DNA of 64,000 nucleotides from an uncultured Actinomycetes bacterium (GTDB lineage Bacteria; Actinomycetota; Thermoleophilia; Gaiellales; JAICJC01): NCBI GenBank assembly GCA_963825325.1, contig CAWGSU010000005.1, positions 119,736 to 183,735 of the forward strand, read 5' to 3'. Shown piece by piece: positions 1 to 8,140 of this stretch (position 1 is its first letter; each line of letters starts with the position of its first letter). The notes under the pieces were generated by a model. It saw only the letters and a program-made list of their open reading frames with translations, ran no database searches and was not told where the DNA came from. The position numbers and the translations under genes were made by a program.

Positions 1-2
1 GC

Positions 3-707
3 ACGATCCACGTCGTCGGGGCTGACGGGTCGGACGACCGCACCGTGCCGGGGGGCGGCGATTACCACCGGCCGGCCTTCGCGCCGCTGGCCGGAAGCGG
101 GCTGCTCGCGTTCACGCAGATCGTCACCGGCACCGGGGGCGGGTCGACCGGAGCGCTGTGCGTCGTCAACGTCCCCGACAGCGGCACGATCTCGAACCCC
201 GTCTGCACGTCTCCCGACCCCACCTACCTGCTCGACCGGCCCACCTGGAGCCCCGACGGACTCTCGATCGCGACGGTGGCGCTCACCCCGGCCACGTCGC
301 AGCCGGCCGGCGTCCGCATCTTCACCGCGGGCACCGCGTTCGTCGGGCCGTGGACGGCGGCGGCGACGCTCTCGCTGCAGGGCAAGAAGCCGTTGTCGCT
401 GGCGTGGTCGCCGCTGCTTGCGACCGGGGCGCTCTTCGCCTATGCCGCCGGGCCCGCGATCGCGACGACGAGCACCCCGGCGTCACCGGGCAAGGCCCTG
501 CCCCCCTATGCCGCGGGCGTGCAGGCGGCGCTCGACTGGCGCGCCGACGGTGTGCTCGTGATCGGCGGCCTGGACTGCAGCAGCGCCCCGCCCGCGATGG
601 AGCAGGAGCTGGCCGCCTCGACCACGCCGCCGACGCCGTTCCCGCTCTCGGTGAACGGCTGCAACCCGTCGGCGCAGCCGCTGCCCGCGCCGCCACCCGC
701 CGGCTGA
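3..707 (+). CDS. 5'-partial TolB/PD40-like beta-propeller protein
   Basis: Frame is open from the window edge (TIHVVGADGSDDRTV...); repeated 'RPAFAP', 'RPTWSPDG', 'LAWSP', 'LDWRADG' blade motifs; stop at 705-707, 1 nt before the next start. Confidence 0.65.
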   Translation, partial: TIHVVGADGSDDRTVPGGGDYHRPAFAPLAGSGLLAFTQIVTGTGGGSTGALCVVNVPDSGTISNPVCTSPDPTYLLDRPTWSPDGLSIATVALTPATSQPAGVRIFTAGTAFVGPWTAAATLSLQGKKPLSLAWSPLLATGALFAYAAGPAIATTSTPASPGKALPPYAAGVQAALDWRADGVLVIGGLDCSSAPPAMEQELAASTTPPTPFPLSVNGCNPSAQPLPAPPPAG

Positions 708-708
708 C

Positions 709-2346
709 GTGCTCTGTCGCTCGTGCCGCCGCCAGGTGTCCCGGGACGCCCTTTACTGCGCCCGCTGCGGCGCGCCGCAGGCCAAGGGCGTGCACGTGCC
801 GCTCGACCTCGTGATCGGCGACACCCGCGTGCCGCTGACGCGCACGGTGACGGTTGGTCGGGCCGACGACAACGACGTCACGCTGGCTGACCCGACCGTG
901 TCGCGCCGGCACGTGCGCGTGCTCGTGGACGGCTCCGACACCACCGTCGAGGACGCCGGCTCGAGCCACGGAACCGTCGTCGACGGCCGGCCGCTGAAGG
1001 GTCGCGCGCGCCTGCGGGACGGCAGCGTGGTCGGGCTCGGGGACACGACCATCCGGTTCGAGCGCCACCCCGACGGCCCCGCCGCCGGCCGCACGCAGGT
1101 GCTCGCCGCCGTCGGCCTGACGATGTCCGCCCGCGGCGATGTGCGCGACCACGTGGCCGTCTCGGGGGTGCCGCGGCTGCGGCCCGGGTGCGCCCTGAAG
1201 CAGCTCGAAGAGGAGGAGGACGGCCGCGGCTGGGTGCTGCGCGACGAGGACGGCTCGAAGTACCTGCGCATGGGCGATCGCGAGGCCGACCTGATCCGGA
1301 TGCTCGCCGAGGGCGCGACGATCGAGGACCTGCTGGCCGCGAGCGAGGAGCAGCAGGGGGCGGCCGGTCCGGCCCGGCTGGCCCGGCTCCTGGCCGACCT
1401 CGGCGAGCACGGGCTGCTCGACGAGGGCGCGCCCGAGTTCGACCCGTTCGCCGAAGGCGGAAGCACCCTGGCGCGCGTGCTACAGCCGCGCGAGCGCGAG
1501 TTCCGGCACGCCGACCGCGTCTTTCAGGCCATGTACCGCTGGGGCGGCTGGGTGCTCTACTCGGCGCCCGGGCTCGTGCTCCTGGGGACGGTGGCGGTGG
1601 TCGGCCTCGCGGCGTTCGCACACCTCTTCTTCAACCGCCACGGGACGCCGTTCGTGGTCGCGAACAAGGTCGGGTGGGGCGCGCTCGCGTTCATCCTGGG
1701 CCGGCTCGCGGTCGTGTCGTTACACGAGGTCGGCCATGGCCTGACCGTCGCGTCGTTCGGCCGCCGCGTGCGCCGGGCGGGGGTGAAGCTGATCCTGATC
1801 TTCCCGTTCGCCTTCGTCGACACCTCGGATGCGTGGTTCGAGCCGCGCCGGCGGCGCATGGCGGTCAGCGCGGCCGGGCCGGTCACCGACGTGATCGCCG
1901 CCGGGACGGCCGCGATCGTCGCGACGGTCGCCTCGGGCACCTTCGCCGACATCGCGTTCCAGGTCGCGCTCGGCGCCTATGTCGGCGCGCTCTTCAACCT
2001 GAACCCGCTGCTCGACCGCGACGGCTATCACATCCTGGTCGACCTGCTCGGCCAGCCGAACCTGCGCGCCCGGTCGCGCAAGCGGCTCGCCCTGCGCCTG
2101 GCCGGGCGGCCGCAGCCGCCGGAGCTCTCACCGGTCGTGGACATCTACGCGGCGGCCGCGCTGCTGTGGCTGCTGGGCTGCGCCGTGTTCGCGATCGTGC
2201 TCTCGACCCGCTACTACAAGGTGATCGTCGCCCTGACCGGCCAACGCGCTCTCGTCTGGTTCGCCTTCGGCCTCTTCTACGCGATGCTCTTCCTCCCCAT
2301 CGCGATCGCGGTGGGCCGGCCGCTGCTGATGCGCAGACGGCTCTAG
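709..2346 (+). CDS. Zinc-ribbon + FHA + PqqD/RRE-like + M50 (site-2-protease-like) membrane metallopeptidase
   Basis: N-terminal CRSC...CARC; FHA motifs 'VGRADDND', 'VSRRH', 'SSHGT'; middle 'GWVLRD...YLRMGDREADLIRML...LARLLADLGEHGLL' resembles a winged-helix RRE; HExxH 'LHEVGH', 'AAGP', 'NLNPLLDRDGYHIL'; several TM segments. Confidence 0.8.
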   Translation: MLCRSCRRQVSRDALYCARCGAPQAKGVHVPLDLVIGDTRVPLTRTVTVGRADDNDVTLADPTVSRRHVRVLVDGSDTTVEDAGSSHGTVVDGRPLKGRARLRDGSVVGLGDTTIRFERHPDGPAAGRTQVLAAVGLTMSARGDVRDHVAVSGVPRLRPGCALKQLEEEEDGRGWVLRDEDGSKYLRMGDREADLIRMLAEGATIEDLLAASEEQQGAAGPARLARLLADLGEHGLLDEGAPEFDPFAEGGSTLARVLQPREREFRHADRVFQAMYRWGGWVLYSAPGLVLLGTVAVVGLAAFAHLFFNRHGTPFVVANKVGWGALAFILGRLAVVSLHEVGHGLTVASFGRRVRRAGVKLILIFPFAFVDTSDAWFEPRRRRMAVSAAGPVTDVIAAGTAAIVATVASGTFADIAFQVALGAYVGALFNLNPLLDRDGYHILVDLLGQPNLRARSRKRLALRLAGRPQPPELSPVVDIYAAAALLWLLGCAVFAIVLSTRYYKVIVALTGQRALVWFAFGLFYAMLFLPIAIAVGRPLLMRRRL

Positions 2347-2349
2347 AAT
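2344..2349 (+). promoter_or_regulatory. -10 element TAGAAT, probably leaderless transcript of the NlpC/P60 gene
   Basis: TAGAAT-N6-ATG(2356); TAG is also the stop codon of the upstream gene. Confidence 0.5.
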
Positions 2350-2355
2350 GCCGGC

Positions 2356-3840
2356 ATGGCGACCCATCGCAGCCCTGGGTCCGGCGACGATGAGCGCACC
2401 GTCGCGGTCGAGGTGCTGCAGCGCCTGCTGACCGATCCGGAGTTCCGCCAGGACTTCCGTCGCGACCCGGCGTCGGCCTGCCGCAACGCCGGGCTCGAGG
2501 CGGCTGCGGCCGAGTTCCAGGGCGGCGGAGCGGCGCTCTACACGCTCGAGCTGCGCGAGTCCAAGTCGAGCCTGGCCGGCGTGCTCATGGCCGCCGCCGC
2601 CGAGGGCGCCGCGGTCTACGAGTTCGCCGAGCACATCCGCCAGCACGTCGAGGGCGACGTCGCCGACATCGCCCGCCAGGCGATCGACGGCGCGGGCGCG
2701 AAGCACGTCGATGCGGCCGAGCACCTGCTCGCCGGGCAGGCGCCGGCGCCCCAGCCTGCGGCCGCCGCGGCGCCCGCAGCCGCCGCCGACGCGCTGGTGG
2801 ACCACGGGGCGGCCGCCCACGCCGCCGGGCTCGACCCCGGTCAGCACGTCGTCCACATCGCCTCGAAGTACATCGGCACGCCCTACGTCTGGGGCGGCGA
2901 GAGCCCCGGCGGGTTCGACTGCTCCGGCCTCGTGCAGTACTGCTTCAATCAAATCGGCGTGAAGCTCGAACGCACCACCTGGGACCAGGTGAAAGAGGGC
3001 CATGCCGTGCAGTGGGGCCAGTTCAAGCCCGGCGACCTGATCTTCTCGAATTTCGAGGGCCCCGGGGCGGGCGCGACGCACGTCGTCATCTACGCCGGCC
3101 ACGGTCAGGTGATCGCCGCGCCGCACACCGGGGGCCACGTCGAGTACGAGTCGGTGGACGTCTTCAAGCCGTACTTCATGGGCGCGCGCCGGGTCGTGCC
3201 CGACGCTCCGCCCGTCGGGATGGGCATGCCCGCGGTGAGCGCCGACCAGCACGCGCCGGCGGGCGGGACGCTCGGCCTGAGCGCCGTCCCGGCCGCCCAC
3301 TCCGCGCCGGCCTCGCCGAACGCCGCCGGCGTGCACCAGAGCGTCGGCGCGCACGGCACCCTCGGCGGCGTCGCCGCGGCGGCTCCCGCACCGGGGCACG
3401 GCGGCCTGCTCGACGGAATCATCGGCGCCTATCCGGGCGACCACGCCTCGCGCAACGCGATCGCGGCGTGGATGGGCGACGCCGCCCAGCGGGCGGGGCT
3501 GCCGCGCGAGCTGCCGGTGATGGCGGCGCTGGTCGAGTCCGGGCTCAAGAACGACAACTACGGCGACCGCGACTCGCTCGGCTTCTTCCAGATGCGCACG
3601 TCGATCTGGGATCAGGGCAAGTACGCCGGGTTCCCGCACGATCCCCGCCTGCAGCTCAAGTGGTTCATCGACGAGGCCCAGGGCCTCAAGGCCACGCGGC
3701 TGCGAGAGGGCGTTCACGGCTTCGGCACCGACCCGCACAAGTGGGGTGACTGGATCGCCGACATCGAACGCCCCGCGGCCCAGTACCGCTACCGCTATCA
3801 GCTCCAGCTCGAGACGGCCCGCCAGCTGGTCGGCGGCTGA
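2356..3840 (+). CDS. NHLP/Os1348-like leader + NlpC/P60 peptidase + lysozyme/lytic-transglycosylase-like domain protein
   Basis: N-terminal 'EVLQRLLTDPEFRQDFRRDPASAC'; NlpC/P60 'GTPYVWGGESPGGFDCSGLV', 'HVVIYAGHGQVIAAPHTG'; C-terminal 'MAALVESGLKN...DSLGFFQMR'; Ala/Pro-rich linkers. Confidence 0.8.
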   Translation: MATHRSPGSGDDERTVAVEVLQRLLTDPEFRQDFRRDPASACRNAGLEAAAAEFQGGGAALYTLELRESKSSLAGVLMAAAAEGAAVYEFAEHIRQHVEGDVADIARQAIDGAGAKHVDAAEHLLAGQAPAPQPAAAAAPAAAADALVDHGAAAHAAGLDPGQHVVHIASKYIGTPYVWGGESPGGFDCSGLVQYCFNQIGVKLERTTWDQVKEGHAVQWGQFKPGDLIFSNFEGPGAGATHVVIYAGHGQVIAAPHTGGHVEYESVDVFKPYFMGARRVVPDAPPVGMGMPAVSADQHAPAGGTLGLSAVPAAHSAPASPNAAGVHQSVGAHGTLGGVAAAAPAPGHGGLLDGIIGAYPGDHASRNAIAAWMGDAAQRAGLPRELPVMAALVESGLKNDNYGDRDSLGFFQMRTSIWDQGKYAGFPHDPRLQLKWFIDEAQGLKATRLREGVHGFGTDPHKWGDWIADIERPAAQYRYRYQLQLETARQLVGG

Positions 3841-3847
3841 CCCCCGC

Positions 3848-6052
3848 TCAGCCGGTGAAGCGGAACGGCTGCAGACCCGACTTGCCGCCCGGTCCCATGA
3901 CGGTCAGCCAGAAGGCGCCCGCCACCGGGACGAGCTTCGTGAGGTAGGTCGTCGCGGGCGCCGTGAACGTGACCGCGTTCGTGTGCTTGCCCGGATGGGC
4001 GAGGTCGAACCCCTCGAGCGTGCCCGTCACGGTCTGGCCCGCCGGCGGCGAATACGAGGTCGTCCACAGGATGCCCTTGTCGACGTCGATCCGCACCGGT
4101 GGCACCGGCAGGCCCGGCACCGGCTTCTGCGACGACGGGTGCTTGGGATCGATCTTGAGGACGCCCGTCGCCGTGGTGACGTAGACCGCGGAGTCGTCGC
4201 CGGCAATCCAGCCGACATCCTTGCCGGGGCTCGGCAGGGTGACGACGGTCGCGATCGGCTTCGGCGTCGCGAGCGGGACCTGGGCCAGGTGCTCCCCGCC
4301 CTTGTCGGTCGCCCAGATCGATCCGGCCACGAGCTCGACGGAGTACGGCTCGAACGCGATCCCCTGCACCTGCTGGGGGCTGCCGCCGCCCTCGGGAATC
4401 TTGACCAGGCCCTTGCGCGTGGGCTGCCAGATGGTGCCGCCGCTGACGACCGCCCGGGGTGATGCCGGCGGGCTGCCGTAGGCGATCGGCGGGCCGACGG
4501 CGGGCGACTGCCCGGGCGCGACCCGGCGGATCTCGCCGGCCGCGCCGTTCGTGCTGCTCACCCAGAGCGCGCCGTCGCCGGACGTCAGGCTCGAACCGCC
4601 CGTGCCCATCTGGACGGGCACGGTGGTGCCGCTGCTCGAAAGGTCGACGATCTCCTTCGGCTTGTGCATCGCCCAGGCGTGGCCGTCGAAGGCCGAGACG
4701 CTCTGGAGGTTGCCGGGCTCGAACTGGGCGGGCACGGCCGTGACGGTCGGGAGCTTCGCCCCCGTCGTCCCCGTTCCGCCGGTCTTCGTGGTCGGGTTCG
4801 TCCCCGACCCGGACGACGACGAGCCGCTGCCCTTGGTGACGAGGTAGGCCCCGGCGGCGATCGCGGCGATCGCGACCAGGCACGCCGGGATGATCAGACG
4901 GCGGCTGCTGCGGCTCTGGGCCGGCCACTGGAACGTCTCGGATGAGGCCGGCGCCGCGGCGGCCGGCGCGGCGGTGGCCTGCCCGGCCGCAGCCGCCGCG
5001 GCCGGCGGGACCGGCTGGCCGGGTAGCGTCGCATCCGGCCGCTGCGGCGGCGGCGGAGGCGGGGGCGGTGTCGCCGCCGGGCTCTCGCCCAGGTAGGTCT
5101 CGTAGCCGCTGCCGGCCTCCTGCGGCGGCGGCGTCTGGCGGTCGAACGGCGCCGGGGTCAGCGGCCCCGCCGCCCGGTCGGTGCCCGAGACGAGCAGGCG
5201 CGCCTCCCGCCGCCACAGCGGGCCGAGCGCCGCCACGGCGATCTCCTCGAGCTCGTACCAGGCCTCGCGCGCGCTCTGGGTGCGCTTGGCGGGATCCTTC
5301 ACGAGCAGCCGGTCGATCCAGTCGGAGAAGCGGCGGTCGACGCTCGGGTTGACCGAGACGGCCGAGGGGATCTCCTCGCTCACCTGCCGCATCAGCACCG
5401 CAACGGGCGTCGTCGAGTCGTGGAAGGGGACGCGGTCGACGGTCATCTCGTAGGCGGTGATCCCGACCGAGTACAGGTCGGTCCACGGGCCGACGTCCCC
5501 GGCGGTGGCCTGCTCCGGCGCCATGTAGGCGGGCGTGCCGACGGTCGTGCCGGTGGCCGTGAGGTTCGGGCCGCCCGCGTCGGTCAGCGCCTTGGCGATT
5601 CCGAAGTCGGCGATCTTCACCTCGCCGTCGCTCGTCACCATCAGGTTCTCGGGCTTGATGTCGCGGTGCACGATCTCGCGCCGCTCGGCCTGGGCGAGGC
5701 CGGCCAGGGCGCCCTCGAGCATGCCGATCGTCTGGGCGAGCGTCGTCTTGCCGACGTACGGGCGCAGCGAGCCGCGCTCGAGGTACTCCATGGCGATGTA
5801 CGGCGTGCCGGCCTCGTTCAGGAACTCGTACACGGTGACGATGTTCGGGTGCTGCATCGAGCCGGCCACGCGCGACTCGCGCACGAAGCGCTCGGCGAAC
5901 GCCGGATCGGCGGCGTGGAAGGCGTTCAGCTCCTTGAGCGCGACGTCGCGGTCGAGGTCGACCTGTTTGGCCAGGTACACGGCGGCCATGCCGCCGCGGC
6001 CGATCTCGCGGACGAGCCGGTACCTGCCGACCTGGCGGATGGGCTCATCCAC
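3848..6052 (-). CDS. Hanks-type Ser/Thr protein kinase with TM helix and C-terminal beta-propeller-like domain
   Basis: 'IGRGGMAAVY', 'VALKE', 'HRDIKPEN', 'DFG', 'GTPAYMAPEQ'; poly-Pro linker; TM 'LIIPACLVAIAAIAAGAYLV'; repeated 'G.LW' blades. Confidence 0.92.
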   Translation of the reverse strand: MDEPIRQVGRYRLVREIGRGGMAAVYLAKQVDLDRDVALKELNAFHAADPAFAERFVRESRVAGSMQHPNIVTVYEFLNEAGTPYIAMEYLERGSLRPYVGKTTLAQTIGMLEGALAGLAQAERREIVHRDIKPENLMVTSDGEVKIADFGIAKALTDAGGPNLTATGTTVGTPAYMAPEQATAGDVGPWTDLYSVGITAYEMTVDRVPFHDSTTPVAVLMRQVSEEIPSAVSVNPSVDRRFSDWIDRLLVKDPAKRTQSAREAWYELEEIAVAALGPLWRREARLLVSGTDRAAGPLTPAPFDRQTPPPQEAGSGYETYLGESPAATPPPPPPPPQRPDATLPGQPVPPAAAAAAGQATAAPAAAAPASSETFQWPAQSRSSRRLIIPACLVAIAAIAAGAYLVTKGSGSSSSGSGTNPTTKTGGTGTTGAKLPTVTAVPAQFEPGNLQSVSAFDGHAWAMHKPKEIVDLSSSGTTVPVQMGTGGSSLTSGDGALWVSSTNGAAGEIRRVAPGQSPAVGPPIAYGSPPASPRAVVSGGTIWQPTRKGLVKIPEGGGSPQQVQGIAFEPYSVELVAGSIWATDKGGEHLAQVPLATPKPIATVVTLPSPGKDVGWIAGDDSAVYVTTATGVLKIDPKHPSSQKPVPGLPVPPVRIDVDKGILWTTSYSPPAGQTVTGTLEGFDLAHPGKHTNAVTFTAPATTYLTKLVPVAGAFWLTVMGPGGKSGLQPFRFTG

Positions 6053-6073
6053 CGTGTCCCCCTGCCGTTTTGG

Positions 6074-6412
6074 TCACGACGCCTGGACGTTCGGCGCGCC
6101 GGGTGCCGCCACCATGATGGTGCCCGGTGGAACGCCGTCGGTGATGCCGGAGAGCGTCGAGATGTGCGCCGGCAGGCCGCCCACCATGACCGTGGGGGCG
6201 CTCCCGCCGGGGAGCGTCGAGATGACCGTCGTGCACGGCTTGCTGGCGATGGTCGGCGGCTGGGCGCAGCCGACGATCGGTGCCCCGATCAGGTCGGTCT
6301 CGCGCAGCACCGCCCCGCCCTGCGCCATGACCACGGTCTGCTTTGGGGTCAGGACGACGGTTCCGCCGTGGATGCAAATGATCGTGTCGTTGGTTGTCAC
6401 CACAGGTGGCAT
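6074..6412 (-). CDS. PAAR-like (DUF4280-like) spike-tip protein
   Basis: 112 aa, MPPVVTTNDTIICIHGG...IVGCAQPP...KPCTT; GGAG RBS before ATG at 6412; Cys/His pattern typical of PAAR-like proteins of contractile injection systems. Confidence 0.72.
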   Translation of the reverse strand: MPPVVTTNDTIICIHGGTVVLTPKQTVVMAQGGAVLRETDLIGAPIVGCAQPPTIASKPCTTVISTLPGGSAPTVMVGGLPAHISTLSGITDGVPPGTIMVAAPGAPNVQAS

Positions 6413-6500
6413 GGCTCCCCCAGATGCTCTGCAAAGGCGCGTGGACTTTCGTACTATCTCGCGTGCGGCTCGAGTGAGCAAACGGTGCAGTGGGGGTGCC

Positions 6501-7139
6501 GTGCGGGTCTACATCATCGATCCACATCCGATCTACCGCCGCGGGCTCGTGGCCAGCCTGGCCGCGCTCGCGGAGATCGACGAGGTCTGGGAGGCCGAAG
6601 GCCCCGGCGCGGCCGAGCTCGACGAGCGCCTCGGGCGCGCTGACGTGGTGGTGCTGGACGGCGACGTCGCCGGAAGCTGCGAGCTCGTGCGCAGGCTGCG
6701 CCCGCTCGGGCGGCCGCGCGTGCTGATCTGCGCGGCGGCGTTCGACGAGCCGGCGCTGCTCGACACCGTCCAGGCCGGCGCCTGCGGCTATCTGACCAAG
6801 GACACGCTCACGCCGGAGACGCTTGCCGCGGGCGTCCGCGCCGTGCACTCCGGTGCCGGCGTGCTCCCGCCCGACGTCCTCGGCAGCCTGCTGCGCACCC
6901 TGGCGACGGTCTCGCGCGACGTGCTCGAGCCGCGCGGCCTCTCGCTCACCACGCTCACGACCCGTGAGCGCACCGTGCTGCGCCTCGTCGCCGACGGCAT
7001 GCCGACCCGCGAGGTCGCCGAGCACCTGAGCTACAGCGAGCGCACGATCAAGGCCGTCATGCACGACGTCACCACGAAGCTGCATGCGAAGACGCGCTCA
7101 CAGGCAGTCGCCCAGGCCGTGCGCGAGGGTCTGATCTAG
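6501..7139 (+). CDS. NarL/LuxR-family response regulator (atypical receiver)
   Basis: 'VYIIDPHPIYRRG', 'VVVLDGD', 'GYLTKD', C-terminal 'LTTRERTVLRLVADG...EVAEHLSYSERTIK' HTH. Confidence 0.88.
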   Translation: MRVYIIDPHPIYRRGLVASLAALAEIDEVWEAEGPGAAELDERLGRADVVVLDGDVAGSCELVRRLRPLGRPRVLICAAAFDEPALLDTVQAGACGYLTKDTLTPETLAAGVRAVHSGAGVLPPDVLGSLLRTLATVSRDVLEPRGLSLTTLTTRERTVLRLVADGMPTREVAEHLSYSERTIKAVMHDVTTKLHAKTRSQAVAQAVREGLI

Positions 7140-7150
7140 ATCGCACCCAG

Positions 7151-8113
7151 CTAGCCAGGCACCGCGAGCAGCGCCTTGATCGTCCCCGCCGGCTCCTCGA
7201 CGAGCCGGCGGAACGCCTCCGCCCCCTCGCCGAGCGGCAGCGTTGTCAGCCAGTGCAGCGGCGGCGGGTGCTCCGCGAGCAGCGCGAGCGCGGCGTCGAA
7301 GTCGGACCGGGTGTAGGCGTAGTGGCCGCGGAGCGTGATCGCGCGGCGCACGAGATCACCGACCGCAACCGCACCCTCGGCCTGGCCGAGGCCGATCACG
7401 GTCACCGAGCCGCCGGTGCGCACATGCGCGATCGCGCCCTGCCAGGTCGGCTCGATCCCGACGGCATCGATCGCGATGTCCGCCGGCGGCAGGCCGGCCC
7501 CGGCCAGCGCCGCCGCGACCCGCGTCGCGCCGAGCTCCGCGGCCAGCGCGCGCCGCGATCCCACCGGCTCGACCGCCGAGACCTCGATCCCCTGGATCGC
7601 GCATGCATACACGGTCAGCAGGCCGATCGGACCGCCGCCGAGCACGAGCACGTGCCGGCCGGGGGCGGCCCCGGCGTAGCGCAGCGCCGAGACCGCGCAC
7701 GCGAACGGCTCGGTCAGCACGGCCACGCGGTCATCAACGCTCGCAGGCACCGGGGTGAGCGCCTCCTTGGCTACCGTCACGGTCTCGGCGAACACGCCCT
7801 GGCGGTCGAGCCCCAGCAGCCCACGGGTCTCGCACAGGTTCTCCTCGCCGCGCAGGCAGGCCGGGCATGACCCGCACGACACGATCGGGAACACGACATA
7901 GCGGCCGCCCTCGCCGTCGCGGTGGCCGACGGCCTCGTGGCCGAGCACGAGCGGCGGCCTGCGCGGCCCGGGGTGGCCGCGGTAGGGGTGCAGATCCGAC
8001 CCGCATACACCCGCGAGCGTGATCCGGAACGGCACGGCGCCCGCGCCGGCCGTTGGGTCGGCGACGTCGCCGTAGCGCATCTGGGTGCCCCCGTGCCACG
8101 TCAGTGCCTTCAT
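7151..8113 (-). CDS. Zinc-dependent alcohol dehydrogenase (MDR family)
   Basis: 'GVCGSDLH', 'GHEAVG', 'CGSCPACLRGEENLC', 'GGGPIG'. Confidence 0.9.
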   Translation of the reverse strand: MKALTWHGGTQMRYGDVADPTAGAGAVPFRITLAGVCGSDLHPYRGHPGPRRPPLVLGHEAVGHRDGEGGRYVVFPIVSCGSCPACLRGEENLCETRGLLGLDRQGVFAETVTVAKEALTPVPASVDDRVAVLTEPFACAVSALRYAGAAPGRHVLVLGGGPIGLLTVYACAIQGIEVSAVEPVGSRRALAAELGATRVAAALAGAGLPPADIAIDAVGIEPTWQGAIAHVRTGGSVTVIGLGQAEGAVAVGDLVRRAITLRGHYAYTRSDFDAALALLAEHPPPLHWLTTLPLGEGAEAFRRLVEEPAGTIKALLAVPG

Positions 8114-8140
8114 GATCCGGGTCGGTATCATCGCACGGCG

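Noticed and set aside
2128-3738. Many long alternative-frame and antisense ORFs (e.g. 2128-3738, 11190-14186, 13091-14782, 27564-28850, 42167-44023)
   Set aside because: Arg/Gly/Ala/Pro-rich shadow ORFs expected at this GC content; they overlap genes with clear family motifs.
709-3840. A conventional RiPP biosynthetic gene cluster
   Set aside because: No short precursor, modifying enzyme or peptidase-containing ABC transporter found; the leader-like segment is fused to large enzyme domains.
5030-5080. GGC/GCG-rich microsatellite-like run
   Set aside because: Encodes the poly-Pro linker of the kinase; no evidence of a phase-variable tract.
1-7139. A complete T6SS, T7SS or eCIS locus
   Set aside because: No sheath, tube, baseplate, VgrG, TssJLM, EccC or WXG100 genes are visible in the window; only the PAAR-like gene and accessory genes are present.
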